Origin: the human T2T-CHM13v2.0 reference genome, Homo sapiens
Assembly (NCBI RefSeq): GCF_009914755.1
Contig: NC_060946.1
DNA length: 64,000 bases
Direction: 5' to 3' (one strand)
Below, piece by piece: positions 16,550 to 27,699 of the stretch. Both the position numbers and the translations under genes were made by a program. Position 1 is the first letter of the stretch, and every line of letters begins with the position of its first letter. The notes beneath the pieces were generated by a model. The model saw only the letters and a program-made list of their open reading frames with translations, was not told where the DNA came from and made no database searches.

Positions 16550-17566
16550 TTACATTTTGGCATGATTTTGCAGCGGCTGGTACCGGTTGTTCCTTTCCAT
16601 GTTTAGCGCTTCCTTCAGGAGCTCTTTTAGGGCAGGCCTGGTGGTGACAAAATCTCTCAGCATTTGCTTGTCTATAAAGTATTTTATTTCTCCTTCACTT
16701 ATGAAGCTTAGTTTGGCTGGATATGAAATTCTGGGTTGAAAATTCTTTTCTTTAAGAATGTTGAATATTGGCCCCCACTCTCTTCTGGCTTGTAGGGTTT
16801 CTGCCGAGAGATCCGCTGTTAGTCTGATGGGCTTTCCTTTGAGGGTAACCCGACCTTTCTCTCTGGCTGCCCTTAACATTTTTTCCTTCATTTCAACTTT
16901 GGTGAATCTGACAATTATGTGTCTTGGAGTTGCTCTTCTCGAGGAGTATCTTTGTGGCGTTCTCTGTATTTCCTGAATCTGAACGTTGGCCTGCCTTGCT
17001 AGATTGGGGAAGTTCTCCTGGATAATATCCTGCAGAGTGTTTTCCAACTTGGTTCCATTCTCCACATCACTTTCAGGTACACCAATCAGACGTAGATTTG
17101 GTCTTTTCACATAGTCCCATATTTCTTGGAGGCTTTGCTCATTTCTTTTTATTCTTTTTTCTCTAAACTTCCCTTCTCGCTTCATTTCATTCATTTCATC
17201 TTCCATTGCTGATACCCTTTCTTCCAGTTGATCGCATCGGCTCCTGAGGCTTCTGCATTCTTCACGTAGTTCTCGAGTCTTGGTTTTCAGCTCCATCAGC
17301 TCTTTTAAGCACTTCTCTGTATTGGTTATTCTAGTTATACATTCTTCTAAATTTTTTTCAAAGTTTTCAACTTCTTTGCCTTTGGTTTGAATGTCCTCCC
17401 GTAGCTCAGAGTAATTTGATCGTCTGAAGCCTTCTTCTCTCAGCTCGTCAAAATCATTCTCCATCCAGCTTTGTTCTGTTGCTGGTGAGGAACTGCGTTC
17501 CTTTGGAGGAGGAGAGGCACTCTGCGTTTTAGAGTTTCCAGTTTTTCTGTTCTGTTTTTTCCCCAT
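16550..17566 (-). CDS. ORF1: L1 ORF1p RNA-binding protein/nucleic acid chaperone, intact 338 aa
   Basis: MGKKQNRKTGNSK start; conserved REKG, ARR and YPAKLS motifs present. Confidence 0.97.
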   Translation of the reverse strand: MGKKQNRKTGNSKTQSASPPPKERSSSPATEQSWMENDFDELREEGFRRSNYSELREDIQTKGKEVENFEKNLEECITRITNTEKCLKELMELKTKTRELREECRSLRSRCDQLEERVSAMEDEMNEMKREGKFREKRIKRNEQSLQEIWDYVKRPNLRLIGVPESDVENGTKLENTLQDIIQENFPNLARQANVQIQEIQRTPQRYSSRRATPRHIIVRFTKVEMKEKMLRAAREKGRVTLKGKPIRLTADLSAETLQARREWGPIFNILKEKNFQPRISYPAKLSFISEGEIKYFIDKQMLRDFVTTRPALKELLKEALNMERNNRYQPLQNHAKM

Positions 17567-18469
17567 CTTTGTGGTTTTATCTACTTTTGGTCTTTGATGA
17601 TGGTGATGTACAGATGGGTTTTCGGTGTAGATGTCCTTTCTGGTTGTTAGTTTTCCTTCTAACAGACAGGACCCTCAGCTGCAGGTCTGTTGGAATACCC
17701 TGCCGTGTGAGGTGTCAGTGTGCCCCTGCTGGGGGGGTGCCTCCCAGTTAGGCTGCTCGGGGGTCAGGGGTCAGGGACCCACTTGAGGAGGCAGTCTGCC
17801 CGTTCTCAGATCTCCAGCTGCGTGCTGGGAGAACCACTGCTCTCTTCAAAGCTGTCAGACAGGGACACTTAAGTCTGCAGAGGTTACTGCTGTCTTTTTG
17901 TTTGTCTGTGCCCTGCCCCCAGAGGTAGAGCCTACAGAGGCAGGCAGGCCTCCTTGAGCTGTGGTGGGCTCCACCCAGTTCGAGCTTCCCGGCTGCTTTG
18001 TTTACCTAAGCAAGCCTGGGCAATGGCGGGCGCCCCTCCCCCAGCCTCGTTGCCGCCTTGCAGTTTGATCTCAGACTGCTGTGCTAGCAATCAGCGAGAT
18101 TCCGTGGGCGTAGGACCCTCTGAGCCAGGTGTGGGATATAGTCTCGTGGTGCGCCGTTTCTTAAGCCTGTCTGAAAAGCGCAATATTCGGGTGGGAGTGA
18201 CCCGATTTTCCAGGTGCGTCCGTCACCCCTTTCTTTGACTCGGAAAGGGAACTCCCTGACCCCTTGCGCTTCCCAGGTGAGGCAATGCCTCGCCCTGCTT
18301 CGGCTCGCGCACGGTGCGCTGCACCCACTGTCCTGCGCCCCCTGTCTGGCACTCCCTAGTGAGATGAACCCTCAGATGGAAATGCAGAAATCACCCGTCT
18401 TCTGCGTCGCTCACGCTGGGAGCTGTAGACCGGAGCTGTTCCTATTCGGCCATCTTGGCTCCTCCCCCC
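17567..18469 (-). promoter_or_regulatory. L1 5'UTR: CpG-rich internal sense promoter plus antisense promoter; YY1 site intact
   Basis: YY1 motif AAGATGGCC (plus ggccatctt 18448-18456); SOX-type AACAAA (plus tttgtt ~17997-18002); dense CpGs. Confidence 0.9.
18023..18238 (+). CDS. ORF0: L1 antisense ORF0, intact 71 aa
   Basis: MAGAPPPASLPPCSLISDCCASNQRDSVGVGPSEPGVGYSLVVRRFLSLSEKRNIRVGVTRFSRCVRHPFL*, inside ORF-track entry 17954..18238. Confidence 0.85.
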   Translation: MAGAPPPASLPPCSLISDCCASNQRDSVGVGPSEPGVGYSLVVRRFLSLSEKRNIRVGVTRFSRCVRHPFL

Positions 18470-18620
18470 AACGGCTCTTCTTTCTCCACAGCCACTCCAG
18501 CATTCATTATTTTTGTCTTTCTGATCATCTCGGTTCCAATCGAGGTGAGATGGTGCCTCATGATGGTGGTTCTGATTTGCATTTCCCTGGTGATCAGTGA
18601 TGCTGAGCACTCTTTCATGT

Positions 18621-19682
18621 ACATTCCCATGATATCTGAAACATTATTCACAGTAGCAGGACATGGAATCAACGTAAGTATCCATCAATGGACAAATGGA
18701 TAAAGAAAATGGTGATAGATAGATAATAGATAGATAAATAGATAGATAGATGATAGATAGATAGATAGATAGATGACAATAGATGATAAATAGATATATA
18801 AATGACAGATAGATAGATGATAGATACATGATAGATAGATGATGGATAGATAGATACATGGTAGATAGATGATAGATAGATAGATGATAGATGATAGATG
18901 ATAGATAAATAGATAGATACATGATAGATAGATGATAGATAGATGATAGAAGATAGACAAATAGATACAGGATAGATAGATGATAGATGATAGGTGAAAG
19001 GTAGATGATAGACATATAGATGACAGATAGATGATAGATAGATAGGTAATGATAGATAGATAGATGATATATAGATGACAGATAGATGATAGAGAGATAG
19101 GTGATGATAGATAGATGACAGATAGATAGATGATAGATAGATACATGATAGATGATAGATAGATACATAGATAGATAGATAGACAGAGGAATATTACTCA
19201 GCAATAAACAAAGAATAGAATCCTGTCATTTGTGGCAGTATGTATGGAACTGGAGGTCATAATGTTAAGTGAAATAAGCCAGGCACAGAAAGGCAAATAT
19301 CAAATGTTCTCACACATATGCGGGAGCTAAAAAAGCTGATCTCGTAGAAGTAGAGAGAAGAATGGTGGTTATCAGAGGCTGGGAAAGGGAGGGGCGGGGA
19401 GGTTGTCAATGGGCACAAAGTCACAGTCAGGAGGGATAAATCCTGCCATTCTGTAGCAAGGTAAGGCGACCGCAGTGAAAAATATTGCAGTGTTTACTGG
19501 AAAATACTCACTAGGAGAGACGAATCTGCATGTTCTCATCACAAATACATGATAAGTATTGAAGGTGATGGATTTGCCAAGTGCCCTGATTTGATCCGTA
19601 TACAAGGTATGCATCAAAACATCTCCCTGTACCCCATAGAGATGTACAGTCTTTATCTCTCTATTAAAAACACAATTTTAAA
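18621..19682 (+). mobile_element. Old L1MA-type 3' end (non-inverted part) containing a (TAGA)n expansion
   Basis: attattcacagtagc...ccatcaatggacaaatggataaagaaaat and ggaactggaggtcataatgttaagtgaaataagccaggcacagaaaggcaaata..., ending attaaaaa. Confidence 0.85.
18714..19187. repeat. Complex (TAGA/TGATAGA)n STR, ~470 bp
   Basis: Read directly. Confidence 0.95.
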
Positions 19683-20620
19683 TGATTTTTTTTAAAGGCA
19701 GAAAGAATGAAAACACCAGCATTCTTGGTGAAAGTCATTTCCTCCCTGCTCTTTCTGCCCATGGAGTCCCCTCTCTATTTCCGTTTTTCATCTCCTCCCT
19801 GCCCCATCCTCTGCATCCCCCTCCTCCTCTCCTTCTTCCCCTCCCTCCTCCCCCTCCTCTTCCCAGGATAACCTTCTCATCTCCCCTCCCTGTTCTCTCC
19901 TCCTGCTCCTCCTTCTTCTACTTCAACCTATCCTTTATATCTCCACACCAGTTACGATTTTTCCCCTACTTCTTCACTCCATCCACTTTGTATTTTTTAA
20001 AATATGAGTAAAACCTCAAGCAATCCCAAATATAGCCTGAAAAGTGAAACCCACCCCAGCCTTGCACACTCTGCTCCCTTGTCCCAGAGGGAAGCAGACA
20101 CTCGGATGTGGACGCGTGTGCTGCAGCCCTGTGTGCATGTGGGTGGAACACGCACAGGTGGACGGATATAGGAACCAAGTGACATCAGCCTGCCTTCATG
20201 TTTCCGTCGTTCTGTTGATTCCCCACTGATGAATGCCGAAGTGTTTCCCGTCACTTTCGGCACACAAGTGTGGGTCTCCCTCCTTTTTCCAAAGGGATAA
20301 CTGGAGCACAGACAACGTAAGTTTCAAGTTGGGAGCAGTCTGGTCACACTGGTCTCCACGGTGGCCCCTGGCACCTGACTCCCCGCACCACACCTACACC
20401 AGGCAACACCAGGCTTGTCTTTCTGCTGCTCAGTTCAGCCGAGTGCACTTGCTCCACATCTTCATTCCCATTTTTCTGGTTCCCCGTGGGGTAATTGGCT
20501 TCTCTTTATTGGCCATTTTGTTTGTTTGTTTTATGAGTTACCTATTCATGCTCTTTCCCTTTTTCCTACGGTTGCCTTTCTCTTTGTTGTTGAGTGTATC
20601 TCCTTAAACACTGTGAAAAC

Positions 20621-20685
20621 TGAACTTTGTACACATCCTGCAAATATTTTTTTTGAACTTTGTACACATCCTGCAAATATTTTTT
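20621..20685. repeat. 33-bp tandem duplication
   Basis: tgaactttgtacacatcctgcaaatatttttt(t) x2. Confidence 0.92.
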
Positions 20686-22000
20686 CAACTGTCTCTATTC
20701 ACATTGCCTATGTTGCCATTTTTACCAGATATTTTAACTTCCAGGCTAACAAATCTGTCTGTCTTCACAACACCTAAATTCTGTATGTTGTTTAGAAGGT
20801 GAATGTGTTTTCTTATGTCTTGCACTGGTCATCTGTCTTTATTTTCCCCGATAGACTGTAATGCTCTCAAAACAATTTATTAAAACTATCATCTAAGTGT
20901 TATTTGGCAGCACAATCTTTAGCACATGCCAAATTCCCAGATATTCTTGGGTCTGTAGCTATTGTTCATTTTTCTATTAATCTTTCTATTTACCCTGTGC
21001 CAATACTTACTTTTTGATTACATTATTACACAGTTTTTCTTGGGATCTCGTTGGAAGCCTCTCTCTATTGTTCTTTATCTAAATTTTCATGGTTAGGTTT
21101 GCCAGTTTTCTACTTCAAATAGGCTTTAATATTAAATTTTGCAAATATAAAATTGAGATTTTGATTGAAATTGCATTGAATCTATAGAGTAATTTGTGAA
21201 GAATTTGTATCCTTACAGGGTTAAATCTTCCACACAAAAGCATGGTATTTCTTGCCATTTAGATAGTCATCCTTTATATCTTTTCCATAATCTTTATTAC
21301 TTTCTTATATTAAATATACACATTGCATTTCTTATATACTTTTTTCAGCTTATGAGTTTTCCACTGCCAATATGATGTAATAGATATATTAAATTTTCCA
21401 CCTCGTTATTGTAGGCTATAGGTTGATACAGCTATAGGTTGAAGTATTTTGGTCTGCACCTAGCCACCTTTTGTACCCTTGAAATAGTTCTAATAGTTTC
21501 CATGTCATTCCATCAGCTTTTTCAGATGCAATCATTCCATCGGTAAATAATTATATCTATTTGCAAAGCTTCTCCCTTTCAATACCTGTATTTCATTTGT
21601 CTTGTGCTATTGCACTAAAAACCCCTCCATATGTAAGTAGCAGTGACTATGAATCTTGTTTTCTGTTCATTCATTCCACAACTACTTAAGGAGCACGGAT
21701 TGTCTGCCTGTTTGCATTCCAGATGCTGGGGAGATCATGTAAACAAAGTCACTCCATACTTAGATTCTGAGGGTGACAGATCATAAAGAGATGGACAATA
21801 TGCCCACTGTGGTGATAACCCTCAAAATGTTATGATTTTTTTTAAAGCAGCGTAAGAAGAGATTAACAGGAAGTTATCTATTTTAGACACTGGAAATACT
21901 ATTAATTTTCAATATTAATTAGGGTGTTTACTTCAGGTTTGTGGTAGCAAGCCAAAGAAGATTCTTTGGATTATTGGTTTATTGAAAGTTTTTAAAATTA

Positions 22001-22314
<314 letters not shown>

Positions 22315-22976
22315 TAAAATTAGAAATGGACATTCAATCTATAGAATGCATTTTGCATTTGTCAATGATATGAGGTTTTATTTCCTCTGTAATCAGCTGA
22401 TGCATGTGAATAGATTTCCTAACATTGAGATATTATTGTGCTTTTGATATAAGGTCTTTTTTGGTTGTGATGTACTAATTTTTTAAGTACTTTGTTGAAA
22501 CAACTTTCCATCTTTTATGGACGTTCTAGAAGGTTTTGTCTGTGAAATGAGAGGTTTGTTAGAACATGCTTGTGTGCCATCTGGCTCTGGCGCTATGCAA
22601 GGTTGATCGTTGATGGCTTTTATTTTTTCTTTGGAAATCATCCCTTATGGTTACTGTTACTCTCCTTCAGACAACTTTTCTCATTTTCATTTTCTGAAGT
22701 ACATGTTGTTCATTTAGTTTTTAAACCTTACCATTATATATTTTGTATTTTTGATAAAGATTATTCTCTCTCTTTTATATTGAACAAGTTTGTTATTAGC
22801 ATTTCAAAGACGGAGCTTTGGTTTTTTATCAAGCCAACTTTTAATTTATTTTTACAACTTTAGTGAAATACAATTGATGTACAATAAACTGCTGTATTTA
22901 AATTATATAGTTTGAGGAATTTTGACATATGCATAAACCTGTGTGCCCGTCACCACCATCAAGAAGTCAACATCCA

Positions 22977-23360
22977 CCAGGCACTGTGGCTCATGCGTGT
23001 AATCCCAGAACTTTGGGAGGCCAAGGCAGGAGGATCACTTGTGCTCAGGAGTTCCAGGCTACACTGAGCCGTAATAGCACCACTGCACTTTGACCTGGAT
23101 AGCAGAGTGAGACCCTGTCTCGAAGAAGAAGAGAAGAAGAAGAAGAAGAAGAAGAAGAAGAAGAAGAAGAAGAAGAAGAAGAAGAAGAAGAAGAAGAAGG
23201 AGGAGGAGGAGGAGGAGGAGGAGGAGGAGGAGGAGGAGGAGGAGGAGGAGGAGGAGAAGGGAATAAGATGAGAGGAAGAAGGAAGAAGAACAAGAGGAAG
23301 AAGAAGAAGGAGGAAAAGGAGGAAGAGGAGGAGGAGGAAAATAAGGAGAAGGAGGAAGTT
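22977..23360 (+). mobile_element. Alu monomer (FRAM/AluJ-like) whose tail is a (GAA)n(GGA)n expansion
   Basis: ~145-bp monomer ending gagtgagaccctgtctc; TSD atcaa(g/c)aagtcaacatcca at 22958-22976 and 23361-23379. Confidence 0.85.
23122..23360 (+). repeat. (GAA)22(GGA)19 core plus degenerate purine tail
   Basis: GAA 23133-23198, GGA 23199-23255. Confidence 0.95.
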
Positions 23361-24467
23361 ATCAACAAGTCAACATCCATCAGCACTTGAAGTCTCCTCA
23401 TGCCCCTGTGTACCCCACCCTTTCCTGCCATGTTTACCCCCAGAAAATAATCTGCTTTTTGTCACTATAGGTTTGTATGCTAAGTCTGTAGCCATATATA
23501 AATGAAATCATAGATTATTTTCTTCCTTTATTCAGCATGATTGCTTTGATGCATCTGTGTTGTAGAGTGCATGGATAGTTTGTTTCTTTTCTTTGCTAAA
23601 AAGTATTTCATTCGATGGATATACCATGATTAGCTTATCCATTCATTGAGGAAGGGCATTCGCAATGTTTCTGGTTTTGCCTCTCTCATGTAAAGCTGCT
23701 ATGAACATTTATATATAAGTCTTTGTGTGAGCATGTCCTTCAATTTACCTTGGGTAAATATCTAGGAGTAATATGGCTGCATCATATAGTAGGTATATAA
23801 TTAACTTTCCAAGAAACTGACATACTATTTTCCAATGTAGTTGTACCATTTTGCATTCCCACCAGTGGTGGATGAATGTACCAGTTGTTCCATATCCTTG
23901 CCAACACTTGATATGGTCAGCCTTGTAAATGTTAATCTTTCTAGTGGGTGGGTAGCAGTATGTCATGGTTGTTTTAATTTGCATTTCTTTATTGACTAAT
24001 GATGTTTAGCCTCTTTTCAAGTGCATAATTACCATTTGTATATCTTCTTTAGTAAAATGCTAATTATTTCATTCATTTATTTTAGTTGTGTTGTTTGCAT
24101 TATTGAGTTGTAGAAGTCCTTTGTATATAATTCAAATCCTTTGTTACCTACATAAATTTCAAATATTTTTTCTCAGTCTGTGGCTTGCCTTTTCATTTTC
24201 ATAGTATTGTTATTGAAAGAGCAAACTAAACTATTGATGGCATCAAATTTACTGCTATTTTATTTAAAAATGTGTCTTATTGTATTGAATTTAATAAATA
24301 CTTGACTACAAAGTTATAAAGATTTGTCTTCAAAAAGTTGTATAGTTTTTATACCTTCACACTTAGATCTATTATGGGAGATAAGGGTGGGTGCCTATTT
24401 CTTGTGCGTGCGTGGCCAGTTGTGCATCAATTTTTGATGACTCTTCTTAACCTAAAGACCTGCCTTG

Positions 24468-24773
24468 GGCCGGGCACGGTGGCTTACGCCTGTAATCCCG
24501 GCAATTTGGGAGGCCGAGGCGGGCAGATCGCGAAGTCAGGAGATCGAGATCATCCTGGCTAACATGGTGAAACCCCATCTCTACTAAAAATACAAAAAAT
24601 CAGCCAGGTGTGGTGGCGGGCGCCTGTAGTCCCAGCTACTCAGGAGGCTGAGGTAGGAGAATGGTGTGAACCCGGAAGGCGGAGCTTACAGTGAGCAGAG
24701 ATCGCGCCACTGCACTCCAGCCTGGGAGAGAGAGCAAGACTCCATCTCAAAAAAAAAAAAAAAAAAAAAAAAA
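24468..24773 (+). mobile_element. AluY
   Basis: AluY diagnostics (gagatcgag..catcctggctaaca, gaatggtgtgaacccgg, ggagctt); pure A-tail; exact 14-bp TSD aaagacctgccttg at 24454-24467 and 24774-24787. Confidence 0.95.
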
Positions 24774-25965
24774 AAAGACCTGCCTTGACACCTGTGCCGA
24801 AAATGAGCTGGGCCCAAGTGGGTCTGTTTCTGGACTCTCGTGTGCCTTTGATTTTTATTCTGAACTTTGTTCCAGTACACCATTCTCTGGAATACTGCAG
24901 CTTCATGGTCAGTCCTGAAATTAGGTAGTAAAAATCCTCTAACTTTTTTTTCTTTTTCAAAATTATCTTGACTATTTCCTTGCGTTTCCGTATAAACTTC
25001 AGAATCAGCCAGGCAATTTCTCAAACTATGGTGATGTTTCCTGAGATGGTATAGACTGGGTAGATGCATTTGGTGGATAGCTGTCTTAACAATACTGAGT
25101 CTTCTGAGGCTTGGACACAATGTATCTATTTGTAACTTCTGAAAGTTCAGCACACTTTGTAATTTCCATGTACATTGCACACATCATTTATCAAATGTAT
25201 CCTTAGTACTTAATATGTTTAATGCTATTTTAAATGTGATTGTTTTTCCATGTTAATTTTTGAGTGTCCATTGTTAACATACAGAGACACATTTGATACA
25301 ACATACAATGATGTGATTGTTAATGTACAGAAATGCAATACATTGGCATTTGATCCAGCAATTTGTTAAATCCACTTGGTAATTCTCATGTTTTTATAGA
25401 TTCTTTAGGAATTTCCCATGTAGGTTATCATGTAGTCTGAGAATAACATCGCTTATTTATTCTTTTCCAATCTGCATGCCTTTTATTCCCTTTTCTCGCC
25501 AGACTGAACTGGCTAGAACTTCAAGTACAACGTTAAAAAGAGGTGGTGAAACCAGATGTCTTTGCTTGCTCCAAATCACAGGGGGAAAACATTTTGGTAT
25601 TTCATCATTAAATGAGATGTTAGCGGGCTTTTTCTGTGTATGCCCTTTTTAAATTTGGAGACGTTTCATACTATTTCTAGTTTGTTTAGAGTCTTTTTTT
25701 TAATGAATTTTGGATTTTGTTAAGTGTGTTTACTGCATCTTCTGAAATGATCATATTTTCCCTTATTTTTTAGCCAGCTAATATGATGAATTATAGTGAT
25801 TGCTTTTCAAAGGTTAAGGTAATCTTGTAGTCTTGAGGTAAGTTCTACTAAAGTTGTAGGTTATTCTTTCTCTGCTCTCTCAACTATATTTCTTTCTTCT
25901 CTATAAGAAAATGTCACACACACACACACACACACACAAACAAAACAAAACAAAAAAAACCATGG

Positions 25966-26337
25966 TGTATTTGTCTGTTTTCATGCTGCTGATAAAGACA
26001 TACCTGAGACATGCTGCTGATAAAGACATACCTGGGTAGTTTCATAAAGAAAAAGAGGTTTAATGGACTCACAGTTCCACGTGGCTGGGGAGGCCTCACA
26101 GCCATGGCGGAAGGTGAACGGCACACCTTACACGGCAGCAGGCAAGAGAGTCAATGAGAACCAGGAAAAAGGGAAACCCCTTATGAAACCATCAGATCTT
26201 GTGACACTTATCTACTACCATGAAAACAGTATGGGGGAAACTGCCCCATGATTCAATGATCTCCCACAGGGTCCCTCCCACAACACTTGGGAATTATGGG
26301 AGCTACATTTGGGTGGTGACACAGTCAAACCATATCA
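25966..26337 (-). mobile_element. Solo LTR THE1 (THE1B-like, ERVL-MaLR)
   Basis: Ends tgtatttgtctgttttcatgctgctgataaagacatacc and gggtggtgacacagtcaaaccatatca; TSD catgg/cttgg. Internal 25-28-bp tandem duplication at 25982-26034. Confidence 0.9.
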
Positions 26338-26513
26338 CTTGGTTTTTCTTTCCATTTTAAAAATGTGAGTGTGTGTGTGTGTGTGTGTGTGTGGCCATTT
26401 TCTCTTTCTGATATTGGTAATTTATATTTTTTTCTTTGGTAGTCTGGCTGGAAATATAAATTTTATCGAAATTTTCCAAGAACCAAGATACCATGTAAGT
26501 TATGTATTTCACA

Positions 26514-26952
26514 GACTATGGTTTGGTTTGTCCCCACCAGAACTCACGTTGAAATTTATTTATCAATGTGGCACTATTGGGAGGTAGAACTTAGCAGGAG
26601 GTGTTTGAGTCCTAGGGTGCATCCCTCACAAACAGATTAATGCCCTCCTGTGAGAATGAGTGAGCTCTGCTCTCTTGGGACTGAATTGGTTCCTGAGAGA
26701 ATGGGTTGTTAAGAGGAGTCTGGATTCCTTGGTTTTGCTCTCTGGCTTCCTCTCTTGCATGGGGTCCTTTGCACACATTGACTCACCTTCTGCTTTCTGC
26801 CAGAGTGGAAGCAGCGTGAGCATCTCCCCAGATGCCGACGCCCAACCTTGAACTTTATAGCCACTGGAATCATGAACCAAATAAACCTCTTTTCTTTATA
26901 AACTACCCAGTCACAGGTATTCTGTTATAACAACACTAAATGGATGAATACA
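26514..26952 (+). mobile_element. Solo LTR, MST-type (ERVL-MaLR)
   Basis: ctatggtttggtttgtccccacc... to aataaacctctttttctttataaactacccagtcacaggtattctgttataacaacactaaatggatgaataca. Confidence 0.85.
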
Positions 26953-27560
26953 CCACTCCTAAGAACTTACCCCAAATAAACTAAAGCGTATGTCTAAAGA
27001 CACATACACAAAGGTTCGTAGCAACTTTATCTGTTATAGCCAAATCTAGAAAGAGCCCAGATTTCTTCAATACATGAATGTTTAAGCAAACTGAACTGTA
27101 GTACATCTCATACCATGAAGTCTGCTCAGTAATTAAAAATGAACAACCACTGATACATGTAACAACGAGAACAAATCACCAGAAAATTATCCAGAGTGGA
27201 AAAAAAATCTAATCATACAAGATTGCATACTGTGTGGTTACATTTACATATCAGTTTTGAAAAGACAGCGGGAAGGAAGTGAAGAGCACATTTGTGGTTG
27301 CCAATAGCTAGAGAGAGAGTTGGGGAGAGAGGGAAGTGGACTTTCCTATGGCAGGCCAATATGAGGAGTCTTTATAATGATGGAAATATTCTGCATCTGA
27401 ACTGTATCAAAGTCATTATCCAGGTTGTGATAACATACTCTTGCTTTGCAAAATGTTACCATAGGGGGAAACTTCCTAAAGACTAAATGGGACCTCTATT
27501 ATTTCACACAACTGCATGTGAATCTACAATTATTTCAAATAAAAAGTTCAATTTAAAATG
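26953..27560 (+). mobile_element. Ancient L1M (L1MC/MD-like) 3' end
   Basis: gcaactttatctgttatagccaaatctagaaa...caactgcatgtgaatctacaattatttcaaataaaaag. Confidence 0.7.
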
Positions 27561-27699
27561 TCATTCAACTTCACTTTACCTCCATAATATTTTATGGCTG
27601 CTTATCCAGATAAACTTTATATTCAACTCTTTTAACTCTAGCAACAACAACAACAACAAAATGTGGCTAGAAAACCAGTCATTTAAATTATTATTCCTC

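Noticed and set aside
18644-19204. Ile/Tyr/Leu/Ser ORFs
   Set aside because: Translation of the (TAGA)n STR.
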